Positions 21,651-31,415 of a DNA stretch of 55,739 bases are shown here, piece by piece. The DNA comes from Escherichia phage vB_EcoS-683R6, in the sequence record ON470595; one strand, written 5' to 3'. The position numbers and the translations under genes are program-made. Numbering within the stretch: the first letter of the stretch is position 1; each line of letters begins with the position of its first letter. The notes beneath the pieces are model-generated. The model was not told where the DNA came from. It saw nothing but the letters and a program-made list of their open reading frames with translations, and made no database searches.

Positions 21651-22127
21651 TTAAGTTCCAGTTTTTGTGATGTTCTGGCTTTTCCGTTCAGATTCTAGAG
21701 CTTTCAGATACTTACCCACTTTCATTTCCATCGCTGCTATGTAGGCGCGAACATCGTGGTCAACCCAATCTGGTTCTGTAGCATTTCCAGATAACAGGAA
21801 AGCTACAATCGCTCTTATTTCATCAGAGGCTGCTTGATAAAGGTTGTTTATATCTAAAAGTTCACTTTTTGTATCTGGATTGGTGGGGGTTGGTATGGGG
21901 TATTCGTTAAGCCCCCAATGCTCTGGACCAACAACATCAGCAAAGAAACGCCATAATTCTGGAAGTTTATCTTTACTTATGGAGCCTTTCTTAATCCAGT
22001 CATAGATTGATGGTGGTTGGACTTTGAAGTGGCGTGCGACCTCCGCCTTTGATTTGACGGATCCCGATGCGATTTTTTTGTTAATGGCCTGCTCTATCGC
22101 TCGGCCTAAGTCTTTACCACTAAGCAT
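21651..22127 (-). CDS. racR: prophage repressor RacR (CI-like HTH protein)
   Basis: 158-aa ORF with N-terminal HTH (KSKAEVARHFKVQPPSIYDWIKKG); divergent from ydaS. Confidence 0.85.
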   Translation of the reverse strand: MLSGKDLGRAIEQAINKKIASGSVKSKAEVARHFKVQPPSIYDWIKKGSISKDKLPELWRFFADVVGPEHWGLNEYPIPTPTNPDTKSELLDINNLYQAASDEIRAIVAFLLSGNATEPDWVDHDVRAYIAAMEMKVGKYLKALESERKSQNITKTGT

Positions 22128-22139
22128 TGCTTAATATTC

Positions 22140-22220
22140 TCCTATGCTCATTGCATTAGGCAATCCCTACTCTCATTGTATTAGGCATAGCCTATTGACA
22201 TTTGTATTAGGCGTCGCCTA
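22140..22220. promoter_or_regulatory. racR/ydaS divergent promoter-operator region with three ATTAGGC-containing palindromes (OR-like)
   Basis: CATTAGGCAATCCCTA, ATTAGGCATAGCCTATT and the perfect palindrome ATTAGGCGTCGCCTAAT lie in the 123-bp divergent intergenic region. Confidence 0.55.
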
Positions 22221-22250
22221 ATATCTCTGTGTGTTTTTGGAGTTCATTCG

Positions 22251-22547
22251 ATGAAAAAAGAGAACTATTCATTCAAGCAAGCTTGTGCTGTTGTCGGTGG
22301 GCAAACAGCAATGGCTAGGCTTTTAGGTGTATCACCTCCAAGCGTAAATCAATGGATCAAAGGGGTACGTCAATTGCCTGCCGAGAGATGTCCAGCAATT
22401 GAACGTGCAACAAGAGGTGAGGTGCTGTGCGAAGAACTTCGTCCTGATATTGACTGGTCATATTTACGACGTTCGGCATGTTGTTCGCAGAATATGTCAG
22501 TGAAGCAACTAAATGACAGTAACAAATCCTCATTTGATCATACCTGA
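22251..22547 (+). CDS. ydaS: Cro-like HTH protein YdaS
   Basis: 98-aa ORF MKKENYSFKQACAVVGGQTAMARLLGVSPPSVNQWIKG... (HTH); first gene rightward of the repressor. Confidence 0.85.
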   Translation: MKKENYSFKQACAVVGGQTAMARLLGVSPPSVNQWIKGVRQLPAERCPAIERATRGEVLCEELRPDIDWSYLRRSACCSQNMSVKQLNDSNKSSFDHT

Positions 22548-22569
22548 AACATCAAGAGGCAAATGATTC

Positions 22570-22992
22570 ATGAAAATCAAGCATGAGCACATCGAATCGG
22601 TGTTGTTTGCCCTGGCAGCCGAAAAAGGGCAGGCATGGGTAGCCAATGCAATTACTGAAGAATATCTGCGCCAGGGGGGCGGCGAATTGCCCCTGGTTCC
22701 AGGCAAGGACTGGAACAATCAGCAGAATATCTATCACCGTTGGTTGAAAGGTGAAACGAATGCGCAAAGGGAAAAAATTCAGAAGCTGATCCCAGCAATT
22801 CTGGCAATCCTTCCGCGCGAGCTGCGTCACCGACTCTGCATCTTCGATACCCTGGAACGCCGTGCATTACTGGCGGCGCAGGAAGCGTTAAGTACGGCAA
22901 TTGATGCGCATGATGATGCAGTCCAAGCCGTTTACCGGAAAGCGCATTTCAGCGGCGGCGGGTCTTCCGACGATTCTGTCATTGTTCATTAA
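22570..22992 (+). CDS. ydaT: Rac prophage protein YdaT (CII-position protein; toxic when derepressed)
   Basis: 140-aa ORF matching remembered YdaT length and position. Confidence 0.8.
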   Translation: MKIKHEHIESVLFALAAEKGQAWVANAITEEYLRQGGGELPLVPGKDWNNQQNIYHRWLKGETNAQREKIQKLIPAILAILPRELRHRLCIFDTLERRALLAAQEALSTAIDAHDDAVQAVYRKAHFSGGGSSDDSVIVH

Positions 22993-23004
22993 GCAAAAGT
23001 TTTC

Positions 23005-23862
23005 ATGCTGTTTGTGCTTATTCTAAGCCACCGGGCAGCATCATACGGGGCAATTATGGCCGCATTACCATACATGCAACTGTACATAGCTGATTACCTG
23101 GCTGACACCATGCATTTGTCAGCAGAGGAGCATGGTGCGTATTTGTTGCTGATGTTCAATTACTGGCAAACAGGAAAGCCAATACCTAAAAACAGGCTGG
23201 CAAAAATTGCCCGTCTGACTAACGAGCGATGGGCTGATGTTGAACCATCCTTGCAGGAGTTTTTTTGCGATAACGGCGAGGAATGGGTGCATCTTCGGAT
23301 TGCGGAAGATCTGGCATCAGTCAGGGAAAAATTAACCAAAAAATCAGCCGCAGGAAAAGCATCTGTTCAGGCCAGAAGAAGCAGAAAGGAAGCAGATGTT
23401 CAAACAAAACAAGAGAGAAATTTAACAGGTGTTCAAACAGATGTTGAAGTGGTGTTTGAACATGATGTCAACACAAAGGCAACTAATAAAGATACAGATA
23501 AAGATCTAAAAACAGATCCCCCCCTAAATCCCCCCCGGGGGAATCGAGGTGTCAAAAAGTTTGACCCTCTGGATATTGCTTTGCCGAACTGGATTTCTGT
23601 CTCGCTTTGGCGTGAGTGGGTTGAATTTCGCCAGGCATTGCGAAAACCGATTCGAACGGAGCAGGGCGCTAACGGGGCGATACGGGAGCTGGAAAAATTC
23701 CGCCAGCAGGGTTTTTCACCTGAGCAGGTGATTAGACACAGCATCGCCAATGAATACCAGGGCTTGTTCGCGCCGAAAGGTGTTCGACCTGAGACGTTAC
23801 TCCGACAGGTTAACACCGTCTCGTTACCGGATAGTGCGATCCCGCCAGGCTTCAGGGGGTAA
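23005..23862 (+). CDS. ydaU: replication initiation protein, O-like (YdaU)
   Basis: 285-aa ORF at the lambda O position, followed by a DnaC-like loader gene. Confidence 0.75.
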   Translation: MLFVLILSHRAASYGAIMAALPYMQLYIADYLADTMHLSAEEHGAYLLLMFNYWQTGKPIPKNRLAKIARLTNERWADVEPSLQEFFCDNGEEWVHLRIAEDLASVREKLTKKSAAGKASVQARRSRKEADVQTKQERNLTGVQTDVEVVFEHDVNTKATNKDTDKDLKTDPPLNPPRGNRGVKKFDPLDIALPNWISVSLWREWVEFRQALRKPIRTEQGANGAIRELEKFRQQGFSPEQVIRHSIANEYQGLFAPKGVRPETLLRQVNTVSLPDSAIPPGFRG

Positions 23863-23868
23863 CTGTCC

Positions 23869-24615
23869 ATGAAAAATATTGCGACAGGCGACGTTCTTGA
23901 ACGTATCCGCAGACTGGCCCCGTCACATGTAACCGCGCCATTCAAGACGGTAGCGGAGTGGCGCGAGTGGCAACTTTCCGAAGGCCAGAAACGTTGTGAG
24001 GAGATCAACCGTCAGAATCGTCAGTTGCGGGTGGAAAAAATTCTGAATCGCTCTGGCATCCAGCCATTGCACCGCAAATGCTCGTTTTCGAATTACCAGG
24101 TGCAGAACGAAGCGCAGCGATACGCGTTGAGTCAGGCGAAATCCATCGCTGATGAACTGATGACCGGGTGTACAAATTTTGCGTTCAGCGGAAAACCTGG
24201 TACCGGGAAGAACCACTTAGCGGCAGCTATCGGGAATCGCCTGCTGAAAGACGGTCAGACAGTGATTGTGGTTACCGTGGCTGATGTTATGAGTGCCCTG
24301 CACGCCAGCTATGACGATGGGCAGTCAGGCGAAAAATTTTTGCGGGAACTGTGCGAAGTGGATCTGCTGGTTCTTGATGAAATTGGCATTCAGCGCGAGA
24401 CAAAAAACGAGCAGGTGGTGCTGCACCAGATTGTTGATCGCCGGACAGCGTCGATGCGCAGCGTGGGGATGCTGACAAACCTGAACTATGAGGCCATGAA
24501 AACATTGCTCGGCGAGCGGATTATGGATCGCATGACCATGAACGGCGGACGCTGGGTGAATTTTAACTGGGAGAGCTGGCGTCCGAATGTCGTCCAGCCA
24601 GGAATTGCGAAGTGA
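23869..24615 (+). CDS. ydaV: DnaC/IstB-like AAA+ helicase loader (YdaV)
   Basis: 248-aa ORF; Walker [10 protein letters not shown], Walker B LLVLDEIG. Confidence 0.85.
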   Translation: MKNIATGDVLERIRRLAPSHVTAPFKTVAEWREWQLSEGQKRCEEINRQNRQLRVEKILNRSGIQPLHRKCSFSNYQVQNEAQRYALSQAKSIADELMTGCTNFAFSGKPGTGKNHLAAAIGNRLLKDGQTVIVVTVADVMSALHASYDDGQSGEKFLRELCEVDLLVLDEIGIQRETKNEQVVLHQIVDRRTASMRSVGMLTNLNYEAMKTLLGERIMDRMTMNGGRWVNFNWESWRPNVVQPGIAK

Positions 24616-24637
24616 TTTTTACCGGGAGGAAATTTTA

Positions 24638-25423
24638 ATGGAGACTGTTTTTGACGCACTGAAAGCAATGGGAAAAGCCACGTCGGTAGAACTGGCTGCG
24701 CGACTTGATATCAGTCGTGAAGAGGTACTGAACNNNNNNNNNNNNNNNNNNNNNNNNNAGCTGTGGGAGCTGAAAAAGGCTGGTTTCGTTGATAAAAGCG
24801 TATACACCTGGCGTGTGGCTGATAACAACGTTCAGCAGGAACAGCCAGAGCAGGCAGAACCGCCGGAAGAAACCACCACGGCAACAGTCGCGAAAATTTC
24901 GGAGTGCGATTTAACTGCGACGATTGAACAACGTGGACCACAAACGGCGGATGAGTTGGCTACATGGTTCGGTACCACATCACGCAAAGTGGCTTCAACG
25001 CTGGCAATGGCAATCAGCAAAGGTCGTCTGATTCGCGTTAATCAGAACGGTAAATTTCGTTACTGCATACCGGGCGATAATTTACCAGCAAAGCCGAAAG
25101 CTGCATCGGTAACGGAAACTGATTTTAAAGCCTTTCCTCAGCCAGCAGATGTTGCGTTACCAGTACAGGAAGCTGCAACACAGGAAGATATTAAAACAGA
25201 AACTGTGGCGGACATTGTGCAGTCGCTGCCATCGTTTACTGAAACGCGAGCTGATGACCTGATTTTGCCATCGCTGCATATGGCAAACCGCGAACTGCGT
25301 CGGGCGAAAAATCATGTCCAGAAGTGGGAGCGAGTCTGCGCCGCGCTGCGGGAGCTGAACAAGCACCGGGATATTGTTCGACAGATTGCTGATTCTTCCC
25401 GCCGTGTTGTATCGGAAAAGTGA
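24638..25423 (+). CDS. ydaW: YdaW-like prophage protein (contains a 25-nt N run at 24734-24758)
   Basis: ORF with GGAGG RBS upstream of ATG 24638; N-terminal winged-helix-like region; reading frame appears preserved across the Ns. Confidence 0.6.
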   Translation: METVFDALKAMGKATSVELAARLDISREEVLNXXXXXXXXXLWELKKAGFVDKSVYTWRVADNNVQQEQPEQAEPPEETTTATVAKISECDLTATIEQRGPQTADELATWFGTTSRKVASTLAMAISKGRLIRVNQNGKFRYCIPGDNLPAKPKAASVTETDFKAFPQPADVALPVQEAATQEDIKTETVADIVQSLPSFTETRADDLILPSLHMANRELRRAKNHVQKWERVCAALRELNKHRDIVRQIADSSRRVVSEK

Positions 25424-25438
25424 TTGCCGGAGGCGCTT

Positions 25439-25870
25439 ATGGCAAAAGTATTTACACAAGAAGAGCGGGAAAAAATTAAAGGGCAGGTTGTTGAGCTAGT
25501 ACGCCGGAGTGGACGCGAGACGTTACGACAACTGGAGGCCAAGACAGGTGCGACAAGATATCTGATGAGCGTTCTCGCCAGAGAGCTGGTTGCCAGTGGC
25601 GATGTATACAACTCTGGTTACGGGTTATTCCCGTCTGAACAGGCTCGTAAGGACTGGCAAAATGCCCGCAAAAAACTATCCAGGGCAAAGGTGAAGAAAC
25701 CATCTGTGGTTGATCCGGACCTTATCTGGTCATTACCAGACGGAGAAATACGCCGCTACGACAGGCGTCTGAACATAATCTGTCGCGAGTGCCGGAAGAG
25801 TGAAGTTATGCAGCGTGTGCTGGCGTTTTATCAGAATGGTTTTCGAGAGAGGCTTGGAGATCAGGGATGA
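25439..25870 (+). CDS. hypothetical prophage protein (basic, about 143 aa)
   Basis: ORF with GGAGG RBS 7 nt upstream of ATG 25439; no recognisable motif. Confidence 0.5.
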   Translation: MAKVFTQEEREKIKGQVVELVRRSGRETLRQLEAKTGATRYLMSVLARELVASGDVYNSGYGLFPSEQARKDWQNARKKLSRAKVKKPSVVDPDLIWSLPDGEIRRYDRRLNIICRECRKSEVMQRVLAFYQNGFRERLGDQG

Positions 25871-26063
25871 ATAGAACGATGAAGGATGGAAGCTACATAT
25901 TCTCGGTACTAAGATTTATTTTTCTGACACAAAATGACCATTTGGCGTTACATAATCCCAAAAAAACGTATCAAAAATCTCAAAATGCGTTACGATTAGA
26001 GAGTATTTTGATTCTGCGTGCTCATTTTTTGATTGCTGTGGCTTTTTGTTGTGGGAGTGTTGA

Positions 26064-27218
26064 ATGGATTATTTATCAGAAGTGTTAAAAATCATTGAAG
26101 GTGCAACAAAGGCAAATGCTTCGATGGCTAGTAATTATGCTGGGTTGCTGGCAGATAAGCTCGAACAAAAAGGGGAGGTCAAGCAAGCCAGAATGATAAG
26201 AGAAAGGTTGCTTAGAGCTCCCCAGGCGTTGGCAGGAGCTCAAAGGGCTGGAGGTGGGATATCTCTGGGCTCATTACCGGTAGATATTGATAGTCGACTC
26301 AACACTGTTGATGTCAGTTATCCTAAATTAGACAGTTCAGAGATTTTTCTGCCTGCAGCAATCAGTACCCGTGTTGAAGAGTTTATCACTAATGTTCAAC
26401 GTTATGATGAGTTTGTTAAAGCTGATGCAGCATTGCCGAGTCGTATGCTCGTGTATGGAAAGCCAGGAACAGGTAAGACTATGTTATCTAAGTACATCGC
26501 TACCCGCTTAGATTTTCCACTTCTTACAGTGCGTTGCGATACTTTGATTAGTAGTTTATTGGGACAAACCAGCAAAAATCTTAGACAGGTTTTCGATTAT
26601 GTAATGCAGAGGCCATCAGTGCTTTTTTTAGACGAATTTGATGCTTTAGCTGGAGCAAGAGGTAATGAGAGAGATATAGGTGAGCTTCAGCGAGTTGTCA
26701 TTTCACTATTGCAGAATATGGATGCGGCATCAGAGGATACGGTAATTATTGCCTCAACTAACCATGAGCAACTTCTGGATCCTGCAATCTGGAGGCGATT
26801 TAGCTTCAGAATTCCAATGCCTCTGCCTGACATACATCAGAGAGAGTTAATTTGGAAAAATCGTTTAAAGAATATGATATGTAGCGATCTAGATTTAAGT
26901 GATTTATCAAGAAAATCGGAAGGATTATCCGGAGCAATAATTGAACAGGTGAGCTTGGATGCACGTAGGGATGCAGTTATTGAAGGTGCAAGTGTGATAA
27001 ATCACCATAAATTGTATAGGCGTTTGTATCTTGCTCAATCGCTTATGGAAGGTGTAAATTTAAGCACTTACGAAGATGAAATTCGTTGGTTACGTTCTAA
27101 AGATAAAAAATTATTTTCTATCAGAGTTCTTGCTAATTTGTACAAACTTACATCAAGAGTAATTTCAAACATTCTGAAGGAGTCAGGAGCATATGAGCAG
27201 AAGGGGTACACAGTTTAG
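26064..27218 (+). CDS. classical-clade AAA+ ATPase (candidate defence-module component)
   Basis: 384 aa; Walker A GKPGTGKT (about 26458-26481), Walker B VLFLDEFD, sensor-1 ASTN, SRH-like DPAIWRRFSF; AT-rich codon usage unlike flanking phage genes. Confidence 0.8.
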   Translation: MDYLSEVLKIIEGATKANASMASNYAGLLADKLEQKGEVKQARMIRERLLRAPQALAGAQRAGGGISLGSLPVDIDSRLNTVDVSYPKLDSSEIFLPAAISTRVEEFITNVQRYDEFVKADAALPSRMLVYGKPGTGKTMLSKYIATRLDFPLLTVRCDTLISSLLGQTSKNLRQVFDYVMQRPSVLFLDEFDALAGARGNERDIGELQRVVISLLQNMDAASEDTVIIASTNHEQLLDPAIWRRFSFRIPMPLPDIHQRELIWKNRLKNMICSDLDLSDLSRKSEGLSGAIIEQVSLDARRDAVIEGASVINHHKLYRRLYLAQSLMEGVNLSTYEDEIRWLRSKDKKLFSIRVLANLYKLTSRVISNILKESGAYEQKGYTV

Positions 27219-29457
27219 TAACGCAAAAGTTACAAACCCAATGTTAAGAATCCCTTTTTCCAGTAGTGACTTGGGTGCAATAGTAAACGCTGGCGGTGGG
27301 GCAAAGGTATTGGTTGATGTAACAGCCGAATATAGACAAGGGCTAGTAAGAAATTTAACAACCAGTAAACATTATTTAGAATCCAAACTTTCAGAGTACC
27401 CTGGAAGCTTGGGTACTTTGGTTTTCAAATTAAGAGACCAGGGAATAGCCAAAACGCATAGGCCGAACAAAATTGCTCAAGAGGCTGGATTGCAAAATGC
27501 CGGTCATGCCAAAATAGATGAAATGTTGGTTGCTGCTCATGCCGGCTGTTTTGACGTATTAGAGTCAGTCATTTTACATCGGAATATTAAAGCGATTTTG
27601 GCTAATCTAAGCGCGATTGAGCGCATTGAACCTTGGGATGAGAATAGGAAGGTTCCAGGAGGCACTGATGGTTTGTTTGAATCATCAAACATCCTTGTAC
27701 GACTATTTGAGTACACAGGTGAAGATGCAACTTACAACAACTATGAAAACGTTATTTCTATATTAGAACAACACGGAGTTAAATATGATGAGATTAGACA
27801 AAAATGTGGTCTTCCCTTATTAAGGATAATGGATTTATCCCCAAATGATAGATATATATTAGACATTCTCATTGATTACCCGGGTATAAGAACGTTAATT
27901 CCTGAACCAAAATATTCAGCATTCCCGGTTAGTGTAAGTGATTCTGTTGGCATTGAAACAAATAGCTTTCCCGTACCATCAGAAGAATTACCCATTGTTG
28001 CTGTATTTGACACTGGGGTAAGCCCCATCGCGGCAACAATTACTCCTTGGGTAGTGAGTAGGGAAACATACGTAATTCCTCCTGATACGAGTTATGAACA
28101 TGGGACTATGGTGTCTTCATTGATATCAGGCGCTCATTTTTTAAATGACAATCATCCATGGATTCCTGATACAAAATCTAAAATCCATGATGTTTGTGCC
28201 TTAGATGAAAATGGATCTTATATATCAGATTTAATTCTGAGGCTAGCAGATGCTGTAAATAAAAGACCAGATATAAAAGTCTGGAATTTGTCTTTGGGAG
28301 GCGGACCATGTAATGAGCAGACGTTTAGTGATTTTGCGATGGAGTTAGATCGGCTCAGCGATAAATTTGGTATTTTGTTTGTAGTTGCTGCAGGTAATTA
28401 TGTAGATGAACCTATACGTACATGGCCAAATCCTGATCCGCTTGGAGGTGCTGATTTAATTTCCTCTCCTGGAGAGTCAGTCCGAGCACTAACAGTTGGT
28501 TCAGTTTCTCATATGGAAGCTAATGATGCTTTAAGTGAAATTGGAACACCGACACCATATACTCGTCGTGGCCCTGGGCCTGTATTTACTCCAAAGCCAG
28601 ATATAATCCATGCTGGCGGTGGGGTTCATAGACCTTGGAATGTAGGAGCAAGCAGTTTAAAGGTCGTAGGGCCAGATAATAGGCTTTGCTCTAATTTTGG
28701 TACTAGTTTTGCTGCTCCAATTGTGGCAAGTTTAGCTGCGCATACATGGCAGAGAATAGCCACTAATACAGACTTTAATGTTTCACCATCATTGATTAAA
28801 GCATTATTAATTCATTCCGCTCAATTATCTTCTCCTGATTACTCGCCAAGTGAAAGACGCTATTTGGGAGCGGGAATTCCTAATGAAGTTATTGAGACCT
28901 TATATGATAGTGATGATAGGTTTACTCTGATTTTCCAAACATTCTTGGTTCCTGGGGTGAGGTGGAGAAAGGATAACTATCCCATACCATCGGCACTTAT
29001 TCAAAATGGAAAATTTAAAGGTGAGATTGTAATTACTGCTGCATATGCACCACCACTGAACCCTAATGCCGGCAGTGAATATGTTCGCGCGAACGTAGAG
29101 CTAAGTTTTGGCTTAATTGAGAATAATACTATAAAAGGAAAAGTGCCTATGGAAGGAGAAAACGGTCAATCTGGATATGAGAGAGCTCAAATTGAGCATG
29201 GTGGAAAGTGGTCACCAGTAAAAATTCATCGCAAGGCATTTAATAAAGGAATTACTTCGGGTAACTGGGCTCTTCAGGCTAAAACAACGTTGAGAGCGAA
29301 TGAACCGGCCTTAATGGAGCCTTTACCTGTAACTATTGTAGTAACTTTAAAATCATTAGATGGAAACACACAAGTTTATGCTGATGGCGTAAGAGCTTTA
29401 AATGCTAATAACTGGGCTCACTATCCATTGCCTGCTCGTGTGCCAGTTTCCGTATAA
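27193..29457 (+). CDS. subtilisin-like (S8 family) serine protease, multi-domain (candidate defence-module effector)
   Basis: 754 aa; catalytic triad in D-H-S order: AVFDTGVS (about 28006-28029), YEHGTMVSS (about 28093-28119), GTSFAAPIVA (about 28699-28728); overlaps the ATPase ORF by 26 nt (alternative ATG at 27238). Confidence 0.8.
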   Translation: MSRRGTQFSNAKVTNPMLRIPFSSSDLGAIVNAGGGAKVLVDVTAEYRQGLVRNLTTSKHYLESKLSEYPGSLGTLVFKLRDQGIAKTHRPNKIAQEAGLQNAGHAKIDEMLVAAHAGCFDVLESVILHRNIKAILANLSAIERIEPWDENRKVPGGTDGLFESSNILVRLFEYTGEDATYNNYENVISILEQHGVKYDEIRQKCGLPLLRIMDLSPNDRYILDILIDYPGIRTLIPEPKYSAFPVSVSDSVGIETNSFPVPSEELPIVAVFDTGVSPIAATITPWVVSRETYVIPPDTSYEHGTMVSSLISGAHFLNDNHPWIPDTKSKIHDVCALDENGSYISDLILRLADAVNKRPDIKVWNLSLGGGPCNEQTFSDFAMELDRLSDKFGILFVVAAGNYVDEPIRTWPNPDPLGGADLISSPGESVRALTVGSVSHMEANDALSEIGTPTPYTRRGPGPVFTPKPDIIHAGGGVHRPWNVGASSLKVVGPDNRLCSNFGTSFAAPIVASLAAHTWQRIATNTDFNVSPSLIKALLIHSAQLSSPDYSPSERRYLGAGIPNEVIETLYDSDDRFTLIFQTFLVPGVRWRKDNYPIPSALIQNGKFKGEIVITAAYAPPLNPNAGSEYVRANVELSFGLIENNTIKGKVPMEGENGQSGYERAQIEHGGKWSPVKIHRKAFNKGITSGNWALQAKTTLRANEPALMEPLPVTIVVTLKSLDGNTQVYADGVRALNANNWAHYPLPARVPVSV

Positions 29458-29471
29458 CAACTATATAAATC

Positions 29472-29500
29472 AAACCCGCTGTAGCGGGTTTGATTTATTT
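29472..29500 (+). terminator. intrinsic terminator immediately after the protease gene
   Basis: AAACCCGC-TGTA-GCGGGTTT hairpin followed by GATTTATTTG. Confidence 0.7.
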
Positions 29501-29870
29501 GTGGGTGTGTTTTATAAAAATACCGCCCATACACAACAAAATACAAAAAGTATTATAGATAAAAAAGGAACGTAATGTGCAGATTTGTTGTTTTCCATAT
29601 TTACTCACCTTAATATGATTAACCCTGATAGGGTTGTTATTTCAGCGGTTTTCAAATGAGATATTATGGTGATCTGGCAGATTTGCATAACATTAAAATT
29701 TAATTTGTTTAACCGCTTTTAATAATAAGCGTTGTTTGTATCCCAGCAATCTGTTTTTTGGTTTTTATTCCATTAAGGTGGGGCTTTACACTGGAGCCAG
29801 TTTATTTATACTTCATACGTCAGCCTGAACAACTGGCATCTGCTGCGCTGCGCCATCGAGAGATTAAGAA

Positions 29871-30470
29871 ATGGCGCATATACAACTGGTCAAACAAACC
29901 TCTTCCGGATTACTTCTCCCGGCGACGCCGGAGAGTTGTGATTTTCTGCATCAAATCAAAATAGGCGAGTGGATACACGCAGACTTTAAGCGTGTGCGTA
30001 ACTACGCATTCCACAAGCGTTTTTTCAAACTCCTGCAACTGGGATTCGATTACTGGACTCCGGTCGGTGGGGCGATCACGCCTCGCGAACGAGAACTGCT
30101 GTCTGGTTTCGTTGATTACCTGTGCGAATCAGTTGGTCGGGAACACACGCCAGCCCTGAGTGATGCCGCAGAGCAATATCTGAATACAGTTGCGACACGC
30201 AGAACCCGGGATACGGCATTGCTAAAGTCGTTTGAGGCTTTTCGCGAGTGGGTAACCATTCAGGCTGGATTTTACACCGAACATTTTTATCCGGACGGTA
30301 GCCGCGGGCGTCGGGCAAAATCTATCGCTTTTGCGAATATGGACGAAACCGAGTTTCAGCAGGTTTATAAATCTGTTCTGAATGTGCTGTGGAACTGGAT
30401 TCTGTTCCGTAAATTTTCCTCTCCGGAACAAGTCGAAAATGTGGCCGCGCAGCTGCTGGAGTTTGCGTAA
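29871..30470 (+). CDS. nin-region phage protein (DUF1367-like; identity uncertain)
   Basis: 199-aa ORF upstream of a YbcO-like gene, at the lambdoid nin position. Confidence 0.5.
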   Translation: MAHIQLVKQTSSGLLLPATPESCDFLHQIKIGEWIHADFKRVRNYAFHKRFFKLLQLGFDYWTPVGGAITPRERELLSGFVDYLCESVGREHTPALSDAAEQYLNTVATRRTRDTALLKSFEAFREWVTIQAGFYTEHFYPDGSRGRRAKSIAFANMDETEFQQVYKSVLNVLWNWILFRKFSSPEQVENVAAQLLEFA

Positions 30471-30760
30471 TGGTGGATTTACGTAAAGCGGCGCGGGGGC
30501 GGATGTGCACCGTCAGAATTCTTGGCTACTGCAATCACGATCCGGAAACGTCTGTGCTGGCGCATTACCGACTGGCGGGAACGTGCGGAACAGCGACAAA
30601 ACCACACGATATGCAGGCGGCGATTGCCTGTAGCTCATGCCACGATTTAATCGACGGGCGGGTAAAAACAAGCGATTACACCAAAGAAGATTTACGCCTG
30701 ATGCATGCAGAAGGTGTTTTTCGCACGCAAGAAATCTGGAGAAAGGAAGGTTATTTATGA
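30470..30760 (+). CDS. YbcO-like putative nuclease (DUF1364)
   Basis: 96-aa ORF MVDLRKAARGRMCTVRILGYCNHDPETSVLAHYRLAG..CSSCHD, resembling DLP12 YbcO; Cys/His cluster. Confidence 0.65.
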   Translation: MVDLRKAARGRMCTVRILGYCNHDPETSVLAHYRLAGTCGTATKPHDMQAAIACSSCHDLIDGRVKTSDYTKEDLRLMHAEGVFRTQEIWRKEGYL

Positions 30761-31299
30761 TTTACCCAACAAATACAGGCAAAAGCGGGGAACACCTTCG
30801 TCTCACCACGCTGGAAAGTGTCTGGATTCAGGGAAAACTGCGCATGTGGGGGCGCTGGTCGTATATTGGCGGCGGTAAGACGGGGAATATGTTCAACCAG
30901 TTGTTGGCCTCTAAAAAGCTGACAAAAACGGCAATTAACGAGGCGCTCCGGAGGATGAAAAAAGCAGGTCTGAACAAGTCTGAACTTGAGGCTTTTTTGC
31001 GGGATATGATTAACGGTAAGCAAAAGAGCTGGCTGGCGCATTGTACTGATGCAGAGGCGTTATGTATTGATCGGGTCATAAGTGAGGTGCTGGCAGAGCA
31101 TCCAGGATTGATTAGCGTCCTTCGGCAACGGTATGAGGGGCGGGGGATGACCAAACGCAAAATGGCTGAATTGCTAAATGATGCACACCCAGAGTGGTGT
31201 TTTAGCACATGCGAAAAGCGAATTGCTAATTGGTTGGCCGTTGCTGAGTATGCGCTATACATTCCCATGCGAGAATCATTCGCTCAAAAAACGGCTTGA
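30757..31299 (+). CDS. putative late-gene antiterminator (Q-position protein)
   Basis: 180-aa ORF overlapping the upstream stop; last gene before an AT-rich region, tRNAs and the lysis cassette; assignment is positional. Confidence 0.45.
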   Translation: MIYPTNTGKSGEHLRLTTLESVWIQGKLRMWGRWSYIGGGKTGNMFNQLLASKKLTKTAINEALRRMKKAGLNKSELEAFLRDMINGKQKSWLAHCTDAEALCIDRVISEVLAEHPGLISVLRQRYEGRGMTKRKMAELLNDAHPEWCFSTCEKRIANWLAVAEYALYIPMRESFAQKTA

Positions 31300-31384
31300 T
31301 TTTTTACGCATAAACTGCTTCAATTTTGCTACGCTTCGCAAAGCTGTATCGCGAGGCGAATCAAGCGCAATTAAACTTTAATAG

Positions 31385-31415
31385 AACCCGCCATCGAGCG
31401 GGTTTTGTTGTTTCT
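31385..31415 (+). terminator. hairpin (ACCCGC-CATCGA-GCGGGT) followed by TTTTGTTGTTTCTG downstream of the Q-position gene
   Basis: 6-bp GC-rich stem plus T-rich tract. Confidence 0.4.

Noticed and set aside
25867-26088. 73-aa forward ORF immediately upstream of the AAA+ ATPase
   Set aside because: Covers the AT-rich leader of the ATPase gene and overlaps its start; low-complexity hydrophobic translation; more likely promoter region than a gene.
29758-29964. 68-aa forward ORF overlapping the start of the nin-region gene
   Set aside because: Out-of-frame overlap with the longer 29871-30470 ORF and AT-rich leader; more likely non-coding leader sequence.
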